A DNA stretch of 64,000 nt from the IMG/VR virus record IMGVR_UViG_3300044858_003398; one strand, written 5' to 3'. The notes beneath the pieces are model-generated. The model saw nothing but the letters and a program-made list of their open reading frames with translations. It did not search any database and was not told the origin of the DNA. This stretch comes from a virus. A program made the position numbers and the translations under genes. This document shows, one piece after another, positions 8,642-18,341 of this stretch. The stretch's first letter is position 1. Each line of letters opens with the position of its first letter.

Positions 8642-9585
8642 AGTATTTCTGTCCCCACTTTTGAAATCCCCACATCCACAAATCTGGCCTTGTATTTCTC
8701 TTTGATTCGATCCTTAGTGTCCTCTTCCATGATACCAAAGATGAAGCCAGATCCACCAGCACCTAGAAGCTTTCCGCCGATCATACCATCACTTCTGAGA
8801 TCGTCATATATCCTATCGACTTCTGGGCTGGTAATTAGAGGAGATATTTCCTTTTTAGATCTCCAAGAATCATGTAGTAACATAGCTACGAGATCGAGGT
8901 CCTGATCGCAAAAAGCCCTCAAAGCCAGTTTTGCAGTAGAGTGGATCATGCTCTTATCTTTACCGTCATGTGATTTGGCTATCTCGTATGATTTACGAGA
9001 CTTCCCAGTGTAGATGAGAATACTCCTATCCATCATCTTTGACACGAATTCTTCGCTGACAGGGAGCGGGCGAACCTCAAAATCTCCGTGCTTAAATATA
9101 TGAATTGAATTCAGTCCACCATACGCGGCAGCTATAGCATCTTGACAACCTCCTGCCTCCTTTAAGAGAATTCTTTCGATATAGGTGGCCTCATTAGCTA
9201 ACTCTTTCTTGCTCCTAACATCGCCCCTCATCTGATGAATTGCGTTTAGTAGTCCAACAGTAAAAGAGGAAGACGATCCTATACCTGTCTGAGCGGGTAG
9301 ATCGCACATATACGAAATTTCCATTCCGTACTTTATTCCTAAGAACTCCAAGACTCCTCTTACTGCATTATTCTGTATCTGTGAATTGTCCTGTACTGTC
9401 TCAGTTATTGAGTAGGAAACTTTAGTCTCATAGTCCAATATTTCTGGAGTCCTTCTGACGGCAGAATAAGCGTACTTGTCGAGGCCAAAATAAATAAGGA
9501 GGGCTCCATGATCCTTGTAGTATGACAAGTAATCAGTGGACCCTCCGAACAGAGACACTCTAAAGTTGGTTTTAGAGATAATCAT
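8638..9585 (-). CDS. GHMP sugar kinase, HddA-like (heptose-7-phosphate kinase)
   Basis: RVSLFGGSTD, DLPAQTGIGSSSSF, GCQD..AAAYGG, GKLLGAGGSGF. Confidence 0.85.
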   Translation of the reverse strand: MIISKTNFRVSLFGGSTDYLSYYKDHGALLIYFGLDKYAYSAVRRTPEILDYETKVSYSITETVQDNSQIQNNAVRGVLEFLGIKYGMEISYMCDLPAQTGIGSSSSFTVGLLNAIHQMRGDVRSKKELANEATYIERILLKEAGGCQDAIAAAYGGLNSIHIFKHGDFEVRPLPVSEEFVSKMMDRSILIYTGKSRKSYEIAKSHDGKDKSMIHSTAKLALRAFCDQDLDLVAMLLHDSWRSKKEISPLITSPEVDRIYDDLRSDGMIGGKLLGAGGSGFIFGIMEEDTKDRIKEKYKARFVDVGISKVGTEIL

Positions 9586-10508
9586 CAGTAATTTTTACAA
9601 AGTGGCCGATCTTCTTCACTAAGCGTCTTATAGAGATCCATCATCTCTTTGATACCATATTCTAAAGATCGTGTACACCTGTACCCTAGATTGTATAATT
9701 TTTGACTACTGACCTCGTAATCTCTTTTATCTGGGTCAGTCCTGTCATCTACTATAGACCAAGTAGCCCCAGTCACTGCACATATCTTTTTTACCAGTTC
9801 TTCCTTGGTCATATTGATTGAATCATTGCCGAGGTTGTAAATTTCGCCAGCCATATCTCCAATGCGAGACAGCGGCATCTCAAGAGCTGAAACAATATCA
9901 TCAATATGAATGTAGTTTCTACGGAAATGCCCATCAAATACTTCAATATGAGATTTCCCAGCCAAATTATTGACCAGTAAATCTAATCTAGGCCTCAAAG
10001 ACGCCCCGAATACGGTGGCCAATCTGAAACAAACAGATCTGCGATAGGAGTGAATGTGGGCTTCGCCTTCCATCTTGGTCTTGGCATAAAGAGATAGAGG
10101 GTTCATGGGAGTTTCTTCAGTACAAACCCCCGGATTGCTCCCATATGCAGAATTTGAATTACAGTAAACCACTATCTGATTGGTTAGGTGATTAACCAGA
10201 TGGTTCTGCCATTCTGAGTTTAGAAGTCGCGTAATGTCGGGGTCCTGATCGCACAAAGGAGCACCAACTAAAGCGGCTAATGGGTAGACCGCGTCGGCCC
10301 TGTCAATACAATCCTTGAGGTTGCTTGACCAAAAGAGGACATCTTCATTGAAGAAGTGGCACTTCGGGTGCTTGAACAACTGGCTGACGAATTTCTCTTG
10401 CTTGAAGAAGAAATTATCAAAGCAGTATAGCTCATGCCCATAGTTGAGCAATCGTTCTGTCAATTTTGAGCCAATATAGCCTGCGGCTCCAGTAACAACA
10501 ATCTTCAT
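9585..10508 (-). CDS. NAD-dependent epimerase/dehydratase (extended SDR)
   Basis: TGAAGYIG, YAKTK, RLATVFG..RPRLDLLVN. Confidence 0.9.
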   Translation of the reverse strand: MKIVVTGAAGYIGSKLTERLLNYGHELYCFDNFFFKQEKFVSQLFKHPKCHFFNEDVLFWSSNLKDCIDRADAVYPLAALVGAPLCDQDPDITRLLNSEWQNHLVNHLTNQIVVYCNSNSAYGSNPGVCTEETPMNPLSLYAKTKMEGEAHIHSYRRSVCFRLATVFGASLRPRLDLLVNNLAGKSHIEVFDGHFRRNYIHIDDIVSALEMPLSRIGDMAGEIYNLGNDSINMTKEELVKKICAVTGATWSIVDDRTDPDKRDYEVSSQKLYNLGYRCTRSLEYGIKEMMDLYKTLSEEDRPLCKNY

Positions 10509-10509
10509 G

Positions 10510-10896
10510 CTAATCGCCCTTCACAATTCTGTATGAGTCCGAGTCTTCATGATGCGTTGAAAATTCAATGAAAGCACATGGGTTCCAATTCGACCCAGAC
10601 GTAAATCTATGAGCCATCCTAAGCCCTAGATCGAAAGACTGACCGCAATTGAGATTCACTGTCTGTTTGAGCTTCTCGAACAAGGATGGATCAGCCTTGA
10701 TCTCGTCTAGATGCATCGCCGAAGCATACTCCAGCTTAAGCACCCCATACGTTACGTAAAATGTCTCTTCCTTCAATTCATGATAGTGCATTGAGCAGTA
10801 CTTGGATGGTAATACTGTCAACTGCTTCCCGCAATATTTCTCGTGGTTCACGATCCACAACTCATGACCCCACCCCTTGGAGACGACATTAATCAT
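10510..10896 (-). CDS. cupin sugar isomerase-like protein
   Basis: KGWGHELWIVN..YCGK, SMHYH..KEETFYV, EFSTHH.DSDSYR. Confidence 0.8.
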   Translation of the reverse strand: MINVVSKGWGHELWIVNHEKYCGKQLTVLPSKYCSMHYHELKEETFYVTYGVLKLEYASAMHLDEIKADPSLFEKLKQTVNLNCGQSFDLGLRMAHRFTSGSNWNPCAFIEFSTHHEDSDSYRIVKGD

Positions 10897-12028
10897 TAAA
10901 GAACCCCCATAGAACCATTTTGATTCTGACCAAATCTTCCTCAGTAATGAATCTATGACATCCGATATGGATACCATTGTCGCCACACCAATCAGCATTA
11001 GGGAAATACCGATCGTCTCCAAAGCCCTTCATAGCAGGATGATGTCCGCAGAAGCCAAAGTTTCTCTTCCAGTGGATCTGGTTTTCATCGAAGGCATCTT
11101 TGAGTCTGTGAATACGTAATTTCGATTTCTCTTCACCCTTCAAGGTGATACTAAACCCATGCGGCATAGTCTCTACCCCTTCAGGCTCCGAGCTGAACCA
11201 TGCTAGATCTTTCCAGATCTCGGTGTATTCAACTAGCTCTCTCCAGATCTTCTTTCTGGCGGCAATGTTCTCATGAAACTGCTCCGCACCCTCCAGTCCT
11301 ACCGAGGCACAAAGATCAGTCATTTTGAAATTGCTGCCAAATCTGATATGGTCAAAGTAGGCAGAATTATTTGGCCTACCATGAGATCTGATGCTGACAA
11401 TCAGATCTCTAAGGTCTTCATCGTCGGTATACAGGAGCGACCCCTCGCCCGCCACGACCATATGGGCGGTAAAAAGAGAGCTACAACCTCCAATTGCCCT
11501 CTTATGGGAAAACTCCCCATTTATTTTACTGCCGTAGTTCTCACACGCATCCTCGAATAAGATCAGATCATGCTTGTCGGCAATAGCCTTTAGCTTATCC
11601 ATATTAGCGGGAAGCCCCATAGTTCCAATGGCATAAATTGCAACTACATCATCATCAATCGCTTCCTCTACTAGGTCCTCATTGATATTCAAAGTCTCTG
11701 GGCGAATATCGACCCACTTAGGAAGCAATCCACCAGAAACGATTGCAGAGCTGTTTGCAATGAATCCAAGTGCTGGGCAGATCACTTTACTTTTACCGCG
11801 TCTCACGGTTCTAGGAGCTATCTCCGGCAACGCAAGAGTCATAGCCGTCAGAGCTGCAGTCCCACTCGATAGGGCAACAGCATACTTAGTGCCCATAAGC
11901 TTGGCGAATTCCTGCTCAAGCAAGGCCACCTTAGGACCCATACTGATCCAATTCGTGTCCAAGCAATCCTGAATGTGTCTACGTGCCGTAGCCCCAATTT
12001 CGAGATGGCCAAATTCAATCTTTTTCAT
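10889..12028 (-). CDS. DegT/DnrJ-fold PLP enzyme with His at the catalytic Lys position (ColD/RfbH-type 3-dehydratase)
   Basis: SSGTAAL, FEDACE, SSLFTAHMVVAGEG (His189), SHGR, NFKMTD. Confidence 0.8.
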   Translation of the reverse strand: MKKIEFGHLEIGATARRHIQDCLDTNWISMGPKVALLEQEFAKLMGTKYAVALSSGTAALTAMTLALPEIAPRTVRRGKSKVICPALGFIANSSAIVSGGLLPKWVDIRPETLNINEDLVEEAIDDDVVAIYAIGTMGLPANMDKLKAIADKHDLILFEDACENYGSKINGEFSHKRAIGGCSSLFTAHMVVAGEGSLLYTDDEDLRDLIVSIRSHGRPNNSAYFDHIRFGSNFKMTDLCASVGLEGAEQFHENIAARKKIWRELVEYTEIWKDLAWFSSEPEGVETMPHGFSITLKGEEKSKLRIHRLKDAFDENQIHWKRNFGFCGHHPAMKGFGDDRYFPNADWCGDNGIHIGCHRFITEEDLVRIKMVLWGFFND

Positions 12029-12914
12029 AATATGTCCTGATAAAGCTGCAAATTTCTTGTGCGTTTGGCGGGAGATTGTCTTTAGACTTGGAGAATCCAG
12101 CAGTTCTGTCGTCTAGACCCATACTATAGACTATGGAACCAGACGCTGCCGACAATTTATGAGCTATGGTTGAGGCTACTCCATCGGAGTAATCATCGTC
12201 CAAAACTAAGCCAGAATTGCATATCAGTGAGTCAATCCAGCGATCTTCGATCACATACGGTTTTAGATTCACTTGATGATATACGGCGACCTTGCATCCT
12301 TCCAGAAGCATCATTCTAGAAGCTTCCATAGCTGCGAAACGGGTGATGGAAATAGGGAAGAGGACAAAGTCTGGATCGTCGAAATGAATATCGTTCAGGT
12401 CTTCAGTTTGGCCATAGGACCCCCTATGCTCCGAGATATAGGTTGGGTCTCCCGACCTCATGAAGTCGGAGTATACTTTTCGATACTCAGACGGACTCAT
12501 AGGAGATACAATCTTGATCCCCGGCATCCTGTGACAGAGAGAGTGATGCGAACTCCCAGCCACAGGCCCTATTGATCCCTCCATGGCGATAGCCCTGATC
12601 ATAATGGGACATTTCATATCCCAAATTTCTTTGGCCTTACAAGCGTAATTAAGGATATGCACTAGGTTGTACCAGCCGAACCCCTGATAGCGGATAGTGT
12701 AGCAAACTCTCTTGCCGCCAATGGCTAGGCCGGTAACCACACCACCATTACTGAGATCCGAAGTTGGGAGTTCCAATATGCCGACATCATCAGGAGTTTC
12801 CGGGATAGTTCCACCAATTCGACCAACTGCCAATATGTTCTGAGCGGCTATAATTCCACCACGCTCTACGAAATCGAAAAGGCATGAATTGATTACATCT
12901 TTTACTGTTTCCAT
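12015..12914 (-). CDS. TPP-dependent E1 beta / transketolase C-terminal-like subunit
   Basis: ELPTSD, GLAIGG, GPVAGSSH, PGIKIVSPMSP, SEHR. Confidence 0.8.
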   Translation of the reverse strand: METVKDVINSCLFDFVERGGIIAAQNILAVGRIGGTIPETPDDVGILELPTSDLSNGGVVTGLAIGGKRVCYTIRYQGFGWYNLVHILNYACKAKEIWDMKCPIMIRAIAMEGSIGPVAGSSHHSLCHRMPGIKIVSPMSPSEYRKVYSDFMRSGDPTYISEHRGSYGQTEDLNDIHFDDPDFVLFPISITRFAAMEASRMMLLEGCKVAVYHQVNLKPYVIEDRWIDSLICNSGLVLDDDYSDGVASTIAHKLSAASGSIVYSMGLDDRTAGFSKSKDNLPPNAQEICSFIRTYYEKD

Positions 12915-13717
12915 AGGTCAGCTACCTCCTGCTCAATTCTAGTCTGCTCAGACTTCGGTAAAAAGAGAAGCATGTCCTTCAGTGTGTCCCACAAGGGAGG
13001 CCCGTCCGTTCCCGCTCCTGCGTGCCATAGGTGTCTGCAGCACTCTATATCTAGGAGGCATGGCCTATCTGAATCTAAGAACTCACATAGGATTCCAGAT
13101 AAGCTTTCGAACCTGTCTGATACTGATTCATTCTTAAGGCCGAATCCTTTGGCGACATCCCACGTAGACCAGCTTCTTCTTACGCTAGTCTCTGTAAGGA
13201 TTGATAGCCCGTTATTCTCGACCAAGAACATGATGTTAAGTTTGTGGGTGGCAGCATAGCCTAAAGCTGCTAGGACGTCATCCTCTTCACAAGCAGCATC
13301 TCCTAAGATACAAATCACCTTCTTGCCGGTCGCCTGAGCATATCCGCAAGCGATAGAAGCCTGAGAGCCTAGGTGGCCATTATGGCCAATCATTTTGTTC
13401 TTGATATGTAGACTTGCCGAGCCCCACATACCCTTACCGCAGCCAGTGTCTAGGCCGCACAATTCATCTCTCAGAGACGCCATCGCGGCTTCCTTATCCT
13501 CGCTGAAGGTCAAAAAGTATGAGTGACATCTATGTTGCGGGAAAACGACATAATCCTTAACTCCTGCTTCATACAGACTGTTCTTGAGTACTACAGGAAT
13601 ATGCTCTGTTCCAACTGATAGATAGATTGGAGGCCTAGCCAAACCAGACCTGAGTGCTTTAGCTACTTCTAGTTCAAAGCATCTATTCTCATAAGCCTCA
13701 TGAACGATTTTTCTCAT
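12902..13717 (-). CDS. TPP-dependent E1 alpha-like subunit
   Basis: YLSVGTE, QHRCH, GDAACEE...VENN TPP-binding motif. Confidence 0.8.
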   Translation of the reverse strand: MRKIVHEAYENRCFELEVAKALRSGLARPPIYLSVGTEHIPVVLKNSLYEAGVKDYVVFPQHRCHSYFLTFSEDKEAAMASLRDELCGLDTGCGKGMWGSASLHIKNKMIGHNGHLGSQASIACGYAQATGKKVICILGDAACEEDDVLAALGYAATHKLNIMFLVENNGLSILTETSVRRSWSTWDVAKGFGLKNESVSDRFESLSGILCEFLDSDRPCLLDIECCRHLWHAGAGTDGPPLWDTLKDMLLFLPKSEQTRIEQEVADLWKQ

Positions 13718-14315
13718 TAACAACATAAATTGCCTCAGTTTCAAGGGTCTCGAACTTCGTAGAGAGCATAGCGAAAGTGTCTCCTGATACTATGTCTCCG
13801 GGAGCACAAACTAGCGAGCCACCACTTCTAATGCCGCCAGTTAGAATCAAATAATTGCCCTTTCTTATCTGCGATCCCATATTCACCTTTTCAATCTTTA
13901 CATCGCAATAATAGCCCTTGTTGTCCTCCCAAGGACATTTGATATCGACTAAATAGTCGTCCTCATCAGTATACACAGTTCCACGGTCATACTTATCATC
14001 AATCCTAACTAGGTCAGATTTATCTACCGGGGACTCAATCTCATAAAGGTGAAGAGTACTAGATGTCATATTCATAGTGCGATGAAATACTCCCTCTCTA
14101 ATCATAACCTTCTCCCCAGCAAACAACTTCTCCCCGCCAGATAAGAAGCATACTTTCGCCCCTCCCTGAAGGACGATTAGGCCAGTTTTTTTGTTGGGGT
14201 GGCAATGCAGAGAAGTCTCGGCCCATGGGTCTATAAGAAGATGCCAGATAGCTACATTGTCATTTTCGTAGGCTAGGAATTCACATCCCCAAGGTTTTCT
14301 CTTAGCGATTTTCAC
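13698..14315 (-). CDS. cupin domain protein
   Basis: KPWGCE, TSLHCHPNKKT, FH, EIESP..K.DLVRIDDKY. Confidence 0.8.
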   Translation of the reverse strand: MKIAKRKPWGCEFLAYENDNVAIWHLLIDPWAETSLHCHPNKKTGLIVLQGGAKVCFLSGGEKLFAGEKVMIREGVFHRTMNMTSSTLHLYEIESPVDKSDLVRIDDKYDRGTVYTDEDDYLVDIKCPWEDNKGYYCDVKIEKVNMGSQIRKGNYLILTGGIRSGGSLVCAPGDIVSGDTFAMLSTKFETLETEAIYVVNEKNRS

Positions 14316-14857
14316 GTCTTATCCCCGTGGGCTGCGGCCATCTTCAGTCCCTCTCTCATCCATTCACCCATAAAGTCATAGTGGGGGCACGAAACTAGGT
14401 TGCCGTCAATCACTACAGGAGAGCGACTATAGGTGGCACCAGCGTTCTGAATGTCTGGTTCAATTGAGTAATATCCAGAACAGGTCCTGCCTCGAATGAC
14501 ATCGGCGGTAATAAGAAGCTGAGCCCCGTTACAAATAGACATAGTGGGCTTATTTCTATCGAACCAAGCCCTCACAAAACCTACTGCATTCTTCTCAAGT
14601 CTCAGTTTTTCCAGAGCCTTAACTCCTCCGGGTATAACCAATAAATCAAAGTCTTCAGTCCTATATCCACGGTGCGGCAGTAAAAGATCATCAACATGGA
14701 TATCTGAAACTAAGTGAACCCCTAAGCTACCAAATACTCTCTCCTCTCGCTTATTAGCTGCAAGCGTGACCGAATAACCAGCTTGTTGTAGGGCGTAATA
14801 AGGAAACACGGTCTCGTGGTCCTGAAATTTTTCCCAAGTAAGAATGAGTGCCTTCAT
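14312..14857 (-). CDS. DJ-1/PfpI family protein
   Basis: FQDHE, IPGG, ICNG nucleophile elbow, VVIDGNLVS. Confidence 0.85.
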   Translation of the reverse strand: MKALILTWEKFQDHETVFPYYALQQAGYSVTLAANKREERVFGSLGVHLVSDIHVDDLLLPHRGYRTEDFDLLVIPGGVKALEKLRLEKNAVGFVRAWFDRNKPTMSICNGAQLLITADVIRGRTCSGYYSIEPDIQNAGATYSRSPVVIDGNLVSCPHYDFMGEWMREGLKMAAAHGDKT

Positions 14858-14858
14858 T

Positions 14859-16343
14859 TTAATCCTTTAGTAGCTTACGCTTCAACTTAATCTTTGTCAT
14901 TTCTTTGATATTGCTCACAGCTACTTCGCCATAAGCCTCGCCCATTCTCTTTAGTACTGATTCATTCGTGAAATACCGATGGAAGAAATCATCCCTGAAC
15001 CTAAGAACATCTGATGCGGACAGGTACTTAGTGCAATCCGGCACATGATTATAGCTCAGGAAGCCAAATTCAGAGTACTCTTCTGGAACTCTTCTGCCCT
15101 CATTCTTAGCCTGAAGATATAGCGGACTCCCCGGAAGTGCGGTAGCACAGTAAATGTTCATATTGGCGAGAGGTAGATCTACTGCAAGTTGATATGACTC
15201 CTCCATTGAATCGAAATCGTCGGTTGGAAGACCAACTATGAAATTTCCGCCAACCCCAATCCCGTGATCATCTATGCTCTTCACGATATCTCTGATATTA
15301 ACTTCCTTAAATCTCCCCTTATCAATCTCCTGCCTTACCGTCTGCGAAGCAGACTCAATTCCTAGAGCTAGATGATTAACACCAGCCTTCTTCAAAGTCT
15401 CAAGGTATTGAGGCTTCGCCGTATCTACTCGACTATAGGCCCAGATATTAAACTTTAAACCTCTCTCTATGATTAACTCACATAGAGTCATGAAATGCTT
15501 GGGGCGGTATACAAACATTTCGTCAGCAATTTTGAGATTGGTCACACCTTGGCTAGACAAATATTCTAGCTGCTTTATTGTGTATTCTGGGGACCAGTAG
15601 CGAAAAATATTGAATGAGTCTGCCGTCTTAGTAAAATCTATTGATGTTCTATTAATAGAATTAATCATGCAGAAACTACACTTGCTATAACAACCTAAGC
15701 TAGTATAAATACTAGCGAATGGGCTTGTGTTACCTTTAAAGTTGGTGTGCCAAGTACTTGTTCTATAATTATCTAGAGATGGCATCAGATCATACGCCAC
15801 TCCGGGCATATCAAATTCCATCAGGTTCTGAGGAACGATCCCCTCAGCCATATTCATCTTGATGGCGTCGTCGCGATACACAATTCCTTTTACAGAACTA
15901 AGAGCCTCAATAGAAGTACCACGCTCAACTATATTCCTGAGGGCATAAACCCCCTCATTCATAAAGGTGATATCTATAAAATCATGCTTCTGCAATACTT
16001 CGATAGGAAGAGCGTTGACGTGCGGACCAATGAATGCTATCTTACAAAGTCCCCTAATACACTCTGCCGCTTTGGTCGCCCCATGCATCGCAGAGGAGGA
16101 AGCATTTGGATTGCTACCAGTAGCCACGAAGAGGACCAAGTCTGGCGAGATACTTTCAACATCAGAGTAAAATTCAGCAGCAGTAGGTCTATTAACTTCC
16201 ATATCGTATATGGATACATCGCATTTACTCCTAACAGAATTAGCTAAAAGACCGGCCCATAGATTAGGCTCTTTAGCGGAGAGGTCCTTGCTTAAATCCT
16301 GATACAAATCAGCAGAACTAGGAGCGACAATTAATAGCTTCAT
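14859..16343 (-). CDS. cobalamin-binding radical SAM protein
   Basis: N-terminal B12-binding domain (GPH, EG), CYSKCSFC, ADE, LGIES, GLP. Confidence 0.9.
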   Translation of the reverse strand: MKLLIVAPSSADLYQDLSKDLSAKEPNLWAGLLANSVRSKCDVSIYDMEVNRPTAAEFYSDVESISPDLVLFVATGSNPNASSSAMHGATKAAECIRGLCKIAFIGPHVNALPIEVLQKHDFIDITFMNEGVYALRNIVERGTSIEALSSVKGIVYRDDAIKMNMAEGIVPQNLMEFDMPGVAYDLMPSLDNYRTSTWHTNFKGNTSPFASIYTSLGCYSKCSFCMINSINRTSIDFTKTADSFNIFRYWSPEYTIKQLEYLSSQGVTNLKIADEMFVYRPKHFMTLCELIIERGLKFNIWAYSRVDTAKPQYLETLKKAGVNHLALGIESASQTVRQEIDKGRFKEVNIRDIVKSIDDHGIGVGGNFIVGLPTDDFDSMEESYQLAVDLPLANMNIYCATALPGSPLYLQAKNEGRRVPEEYSEFGFLSYNHVPDCTKYLSASDVLRFRDDFFHRYFTNESVLKRMGEAYGEVAVSNIKEMTKIKLKRKLLKD

Positions 16344-16995
16344 TTATTTTCTCAATATCTCTTTTGAGTTGTTGATCTGAATAGATATTATAGTGGGCGT
16401 GGTTCTCTTTAATCTCGCAAACTGAATCATAGATCTCAACTGGAATGTCCACTAATCTGTTTTCGCAAGCGGAAGCAAAGATCCTAGCGAACATAATATC
16501 TGCTCCGGGTCCAGATATCTGCGGAGGCATAAAATACCCAAGAGTGTCAAAAACTTCTCTAGTTAAAATGGGATAGCAGGCATATTTGTATTTGAGCGAC
16601 TCTTCCCAAGGCTCCTTTACATTCGGCCAAGGCCAAACCTCTTGTCCTCTCCCGTAGGCAATCCTATCTGGTTTATCATTCAAAAAGGACTCTATTGTGT
16701 TACTAATGACATCGTCAAAATTCGGAGTCCTAATTTCTGCGTCATCATTTAGCCCCATGATGTAGTCGCCACATGTTTTATACGCTATAGGATTCAGTAA
16801 AGAAGAATGCCTATTTACATTCCTCTCACGTCCGAAAGTGAAGCACCCCAATTCTTCTGCTACAGACTTGGTCTCTTGATCATCAAGATCATACCCCACC
16901 CATAGCTCTACTTTACTGGAATTTTTCTGAACACTTTCAATAGCGTTCCTGAGCAATGTAGGTCGGTTTCGACTCACAATTATAACTGAAAGCAT
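16318..16995 (-). CDS. glycosyltransferase family 2
   Basis: LSVIIVSRNRP start, NDD motif. Confidence 0.75.
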   Translation of the reverse strand: MLSVIIVSRNRPTLLRNAIESVQKNSSKVELWVGYDLDDQETKSVAEELGCFTFGRERNVNRHSSLLNPIAYKTCGDYIMGLNDDAEIRTPNFDDVISNTIESFLNDKPDRIAYGRGQEVWPWPNVKEPWEESLKYKYACYPILTREVFDTLGYFMPPQISGPGADIMFARIFASACENRLVDIPVEIYDSVCEIKENHAHYNIYSDQQLKRDIEKINEAINCRS

Positions 16996-17461
16996 CTTTA
17001 AATTTTCTAGAGACTTCGTCTCTTTCTGAAAGGATAGCCGGTATAGGAGCCCAGTTAGCCCCAATCGTCTCGTCGTTATAGCGGACAGAATACTGACTAC
17101 TTAAATCATATGGAGCGTCCCATTTGTAATGCAAGACACACTCGCTAGATAAGCACTGATGGGCGTTCAGATGCCTAGGAGGAATGAGAATGGAAATATG
17201 TTCCTCTCTATTAGCTGACAGCAAAAACTCTTCTTTAATCCCATTGTCAATATCATAAACAACCAACTTAAAGGTGCCCCATAAACAACTTATTAACTTC
17301 CATGTATGATCATCTCCGTGGAACCCCCTTATTACTCCCAACTTGGACACTGATACTTTATCCAAGATAAAATTATTAGAATGGTAGCTACAATCAAAAA
17401 TCGTGTAGAGGCTACCTCTCTCGTCAGAGAACTTAGAGTATTTCGACACTGACGCGGTCAT
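16937..17461 (-). CDS. rmlC: dTDP-4-dehydrorhamnose 3,5-epimerase-like (RmlC)
   Basis: DERG, GVIRGFH, LIPP..NAH, HYK, ILSERD. Confidence 0.85.
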   Translation of the reverse strand: MTASVSKYSKFSDERGSLYTIFDCSYHSNNFILDKVSVSKLGVIRGFHGDDHTWKLISCLWGTFKLVVYDIDNGIKEEFLLSANREEHISILIPPRHLNAHQCLSSECVLHYKWDAPYDLSSQYSVRYNDETIGANWAPIPAILSERDEVSRKFKDAFSYNCESKPTYIAQERY

Positions 17462-18341
17462 AGTCTAGTTCCTCTCTATTGGAGAAGTAATAACGACGGA
17501 TCATCTCTGCAAGATCTTCTGGGAATTTAGCCTTTCCGTTAAGGTAGGCCTCTTTACTATGAGGCATGATCTTCCCACATTCTTCATAGCCTAAGCCAGC
17601 CGCTATTGCTTTTGGGTCATTAATGAAGACCCTAGCGTCTCTTCCATAGAGCAAATTATTCCACGGGTTCCTATGGACTGGCGACCAATGAGGCTGCGAC
17701 GAAGAAGGCCCATCCACCGCCTTATTGTGATGGGCTTGAATATCCTTCACTATGACCCAGTCCATTCCAACTGCTGCATTCAGAAAGGGGAAGGTGCTCT
17801 CGGTGCAATATGCCGCGAATACATCAGGAATCACAAGCCCAAATTTATCGAAGATAGACCTATGGAAAAGTTGAGCGTGGAGATTAATAGCCATCCCCAG
17901 AGGGAGCTTAAAATCCTGACCTTTTAATTGTACGTTATAACTATTCTGTTTGCCGCCAAATACCTCATACCCAGTATCGGTATCTGTTTGTAGAGATACC
18001 ATGGAAGACTCACCGAGTCGCTCAGACATCTGCGATAGCGAAGTTTTGTCCTTAAGCTTAACTCCAGAATCAACAAAGAACTGAGCAATATGCCCATTGT
18101 CAAAGACTCTGACAGTCTTATTAAAAGTAACATTAACGATATATCTGTCCTCGAATCGACAGATCTTCACAACATCTCCATAACGACTCTTCAGAGACGC
18201 TATACAGTCGTCAGAATTCAGACAGGAAGAAACTACAACCTGCTGAGGGTAGTCCTGCTCAAGTAGTGTATCTATACACTCACTATACCAGTCTGTCTTG
18301 TCGCCGTTAATGCCACAGGTATTATAAACGGTCAAAATCAT
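17433..18341 (-). CDS. putative GT-A fold glycosyltransferase
   Basis: GT-A-like N-terminus, FVDSG, IPDVFAAYCTES; glycan-operon context. Confidence 0.5.
   Translation of the reverse strand: MILTVYNTCGINGDKTDWYSECIDTLLEQDYPQQVVVSSCLNSDDCIASLKSRYGDVVKICRFEDRYIVNVTFNKTVRVFDNGHIAQFFVDSGVKLKDKTSLSQMSERLGESSMVSLQTDTDTGYEVFGGKQNSYNVQLKGQDFKLPLGMAINLHAQLFHRSIFDKFGLVIPDVFAAYCTESTFPFLNAAVGMDWVIVKDIQAHHNKAVDGPSSSQPHWSPVHRNPWNNLLYGRDARVFINDPKAIAAGLGYEECGKIMPHSKEAYLNGKAKFPEDLAEMIRRYYFSNREELDYDRVSVEIL

Noticed and set aside
10889-12028. Sugar aminotransferase call
   Set aside because: The catalytic Lys position is His
12015-13717. Pyruvate dehydrogenase as an energy-metabolism AMG
   Set aside because: No E2/E3 genes; embedded in a nucleotide-sugar operon
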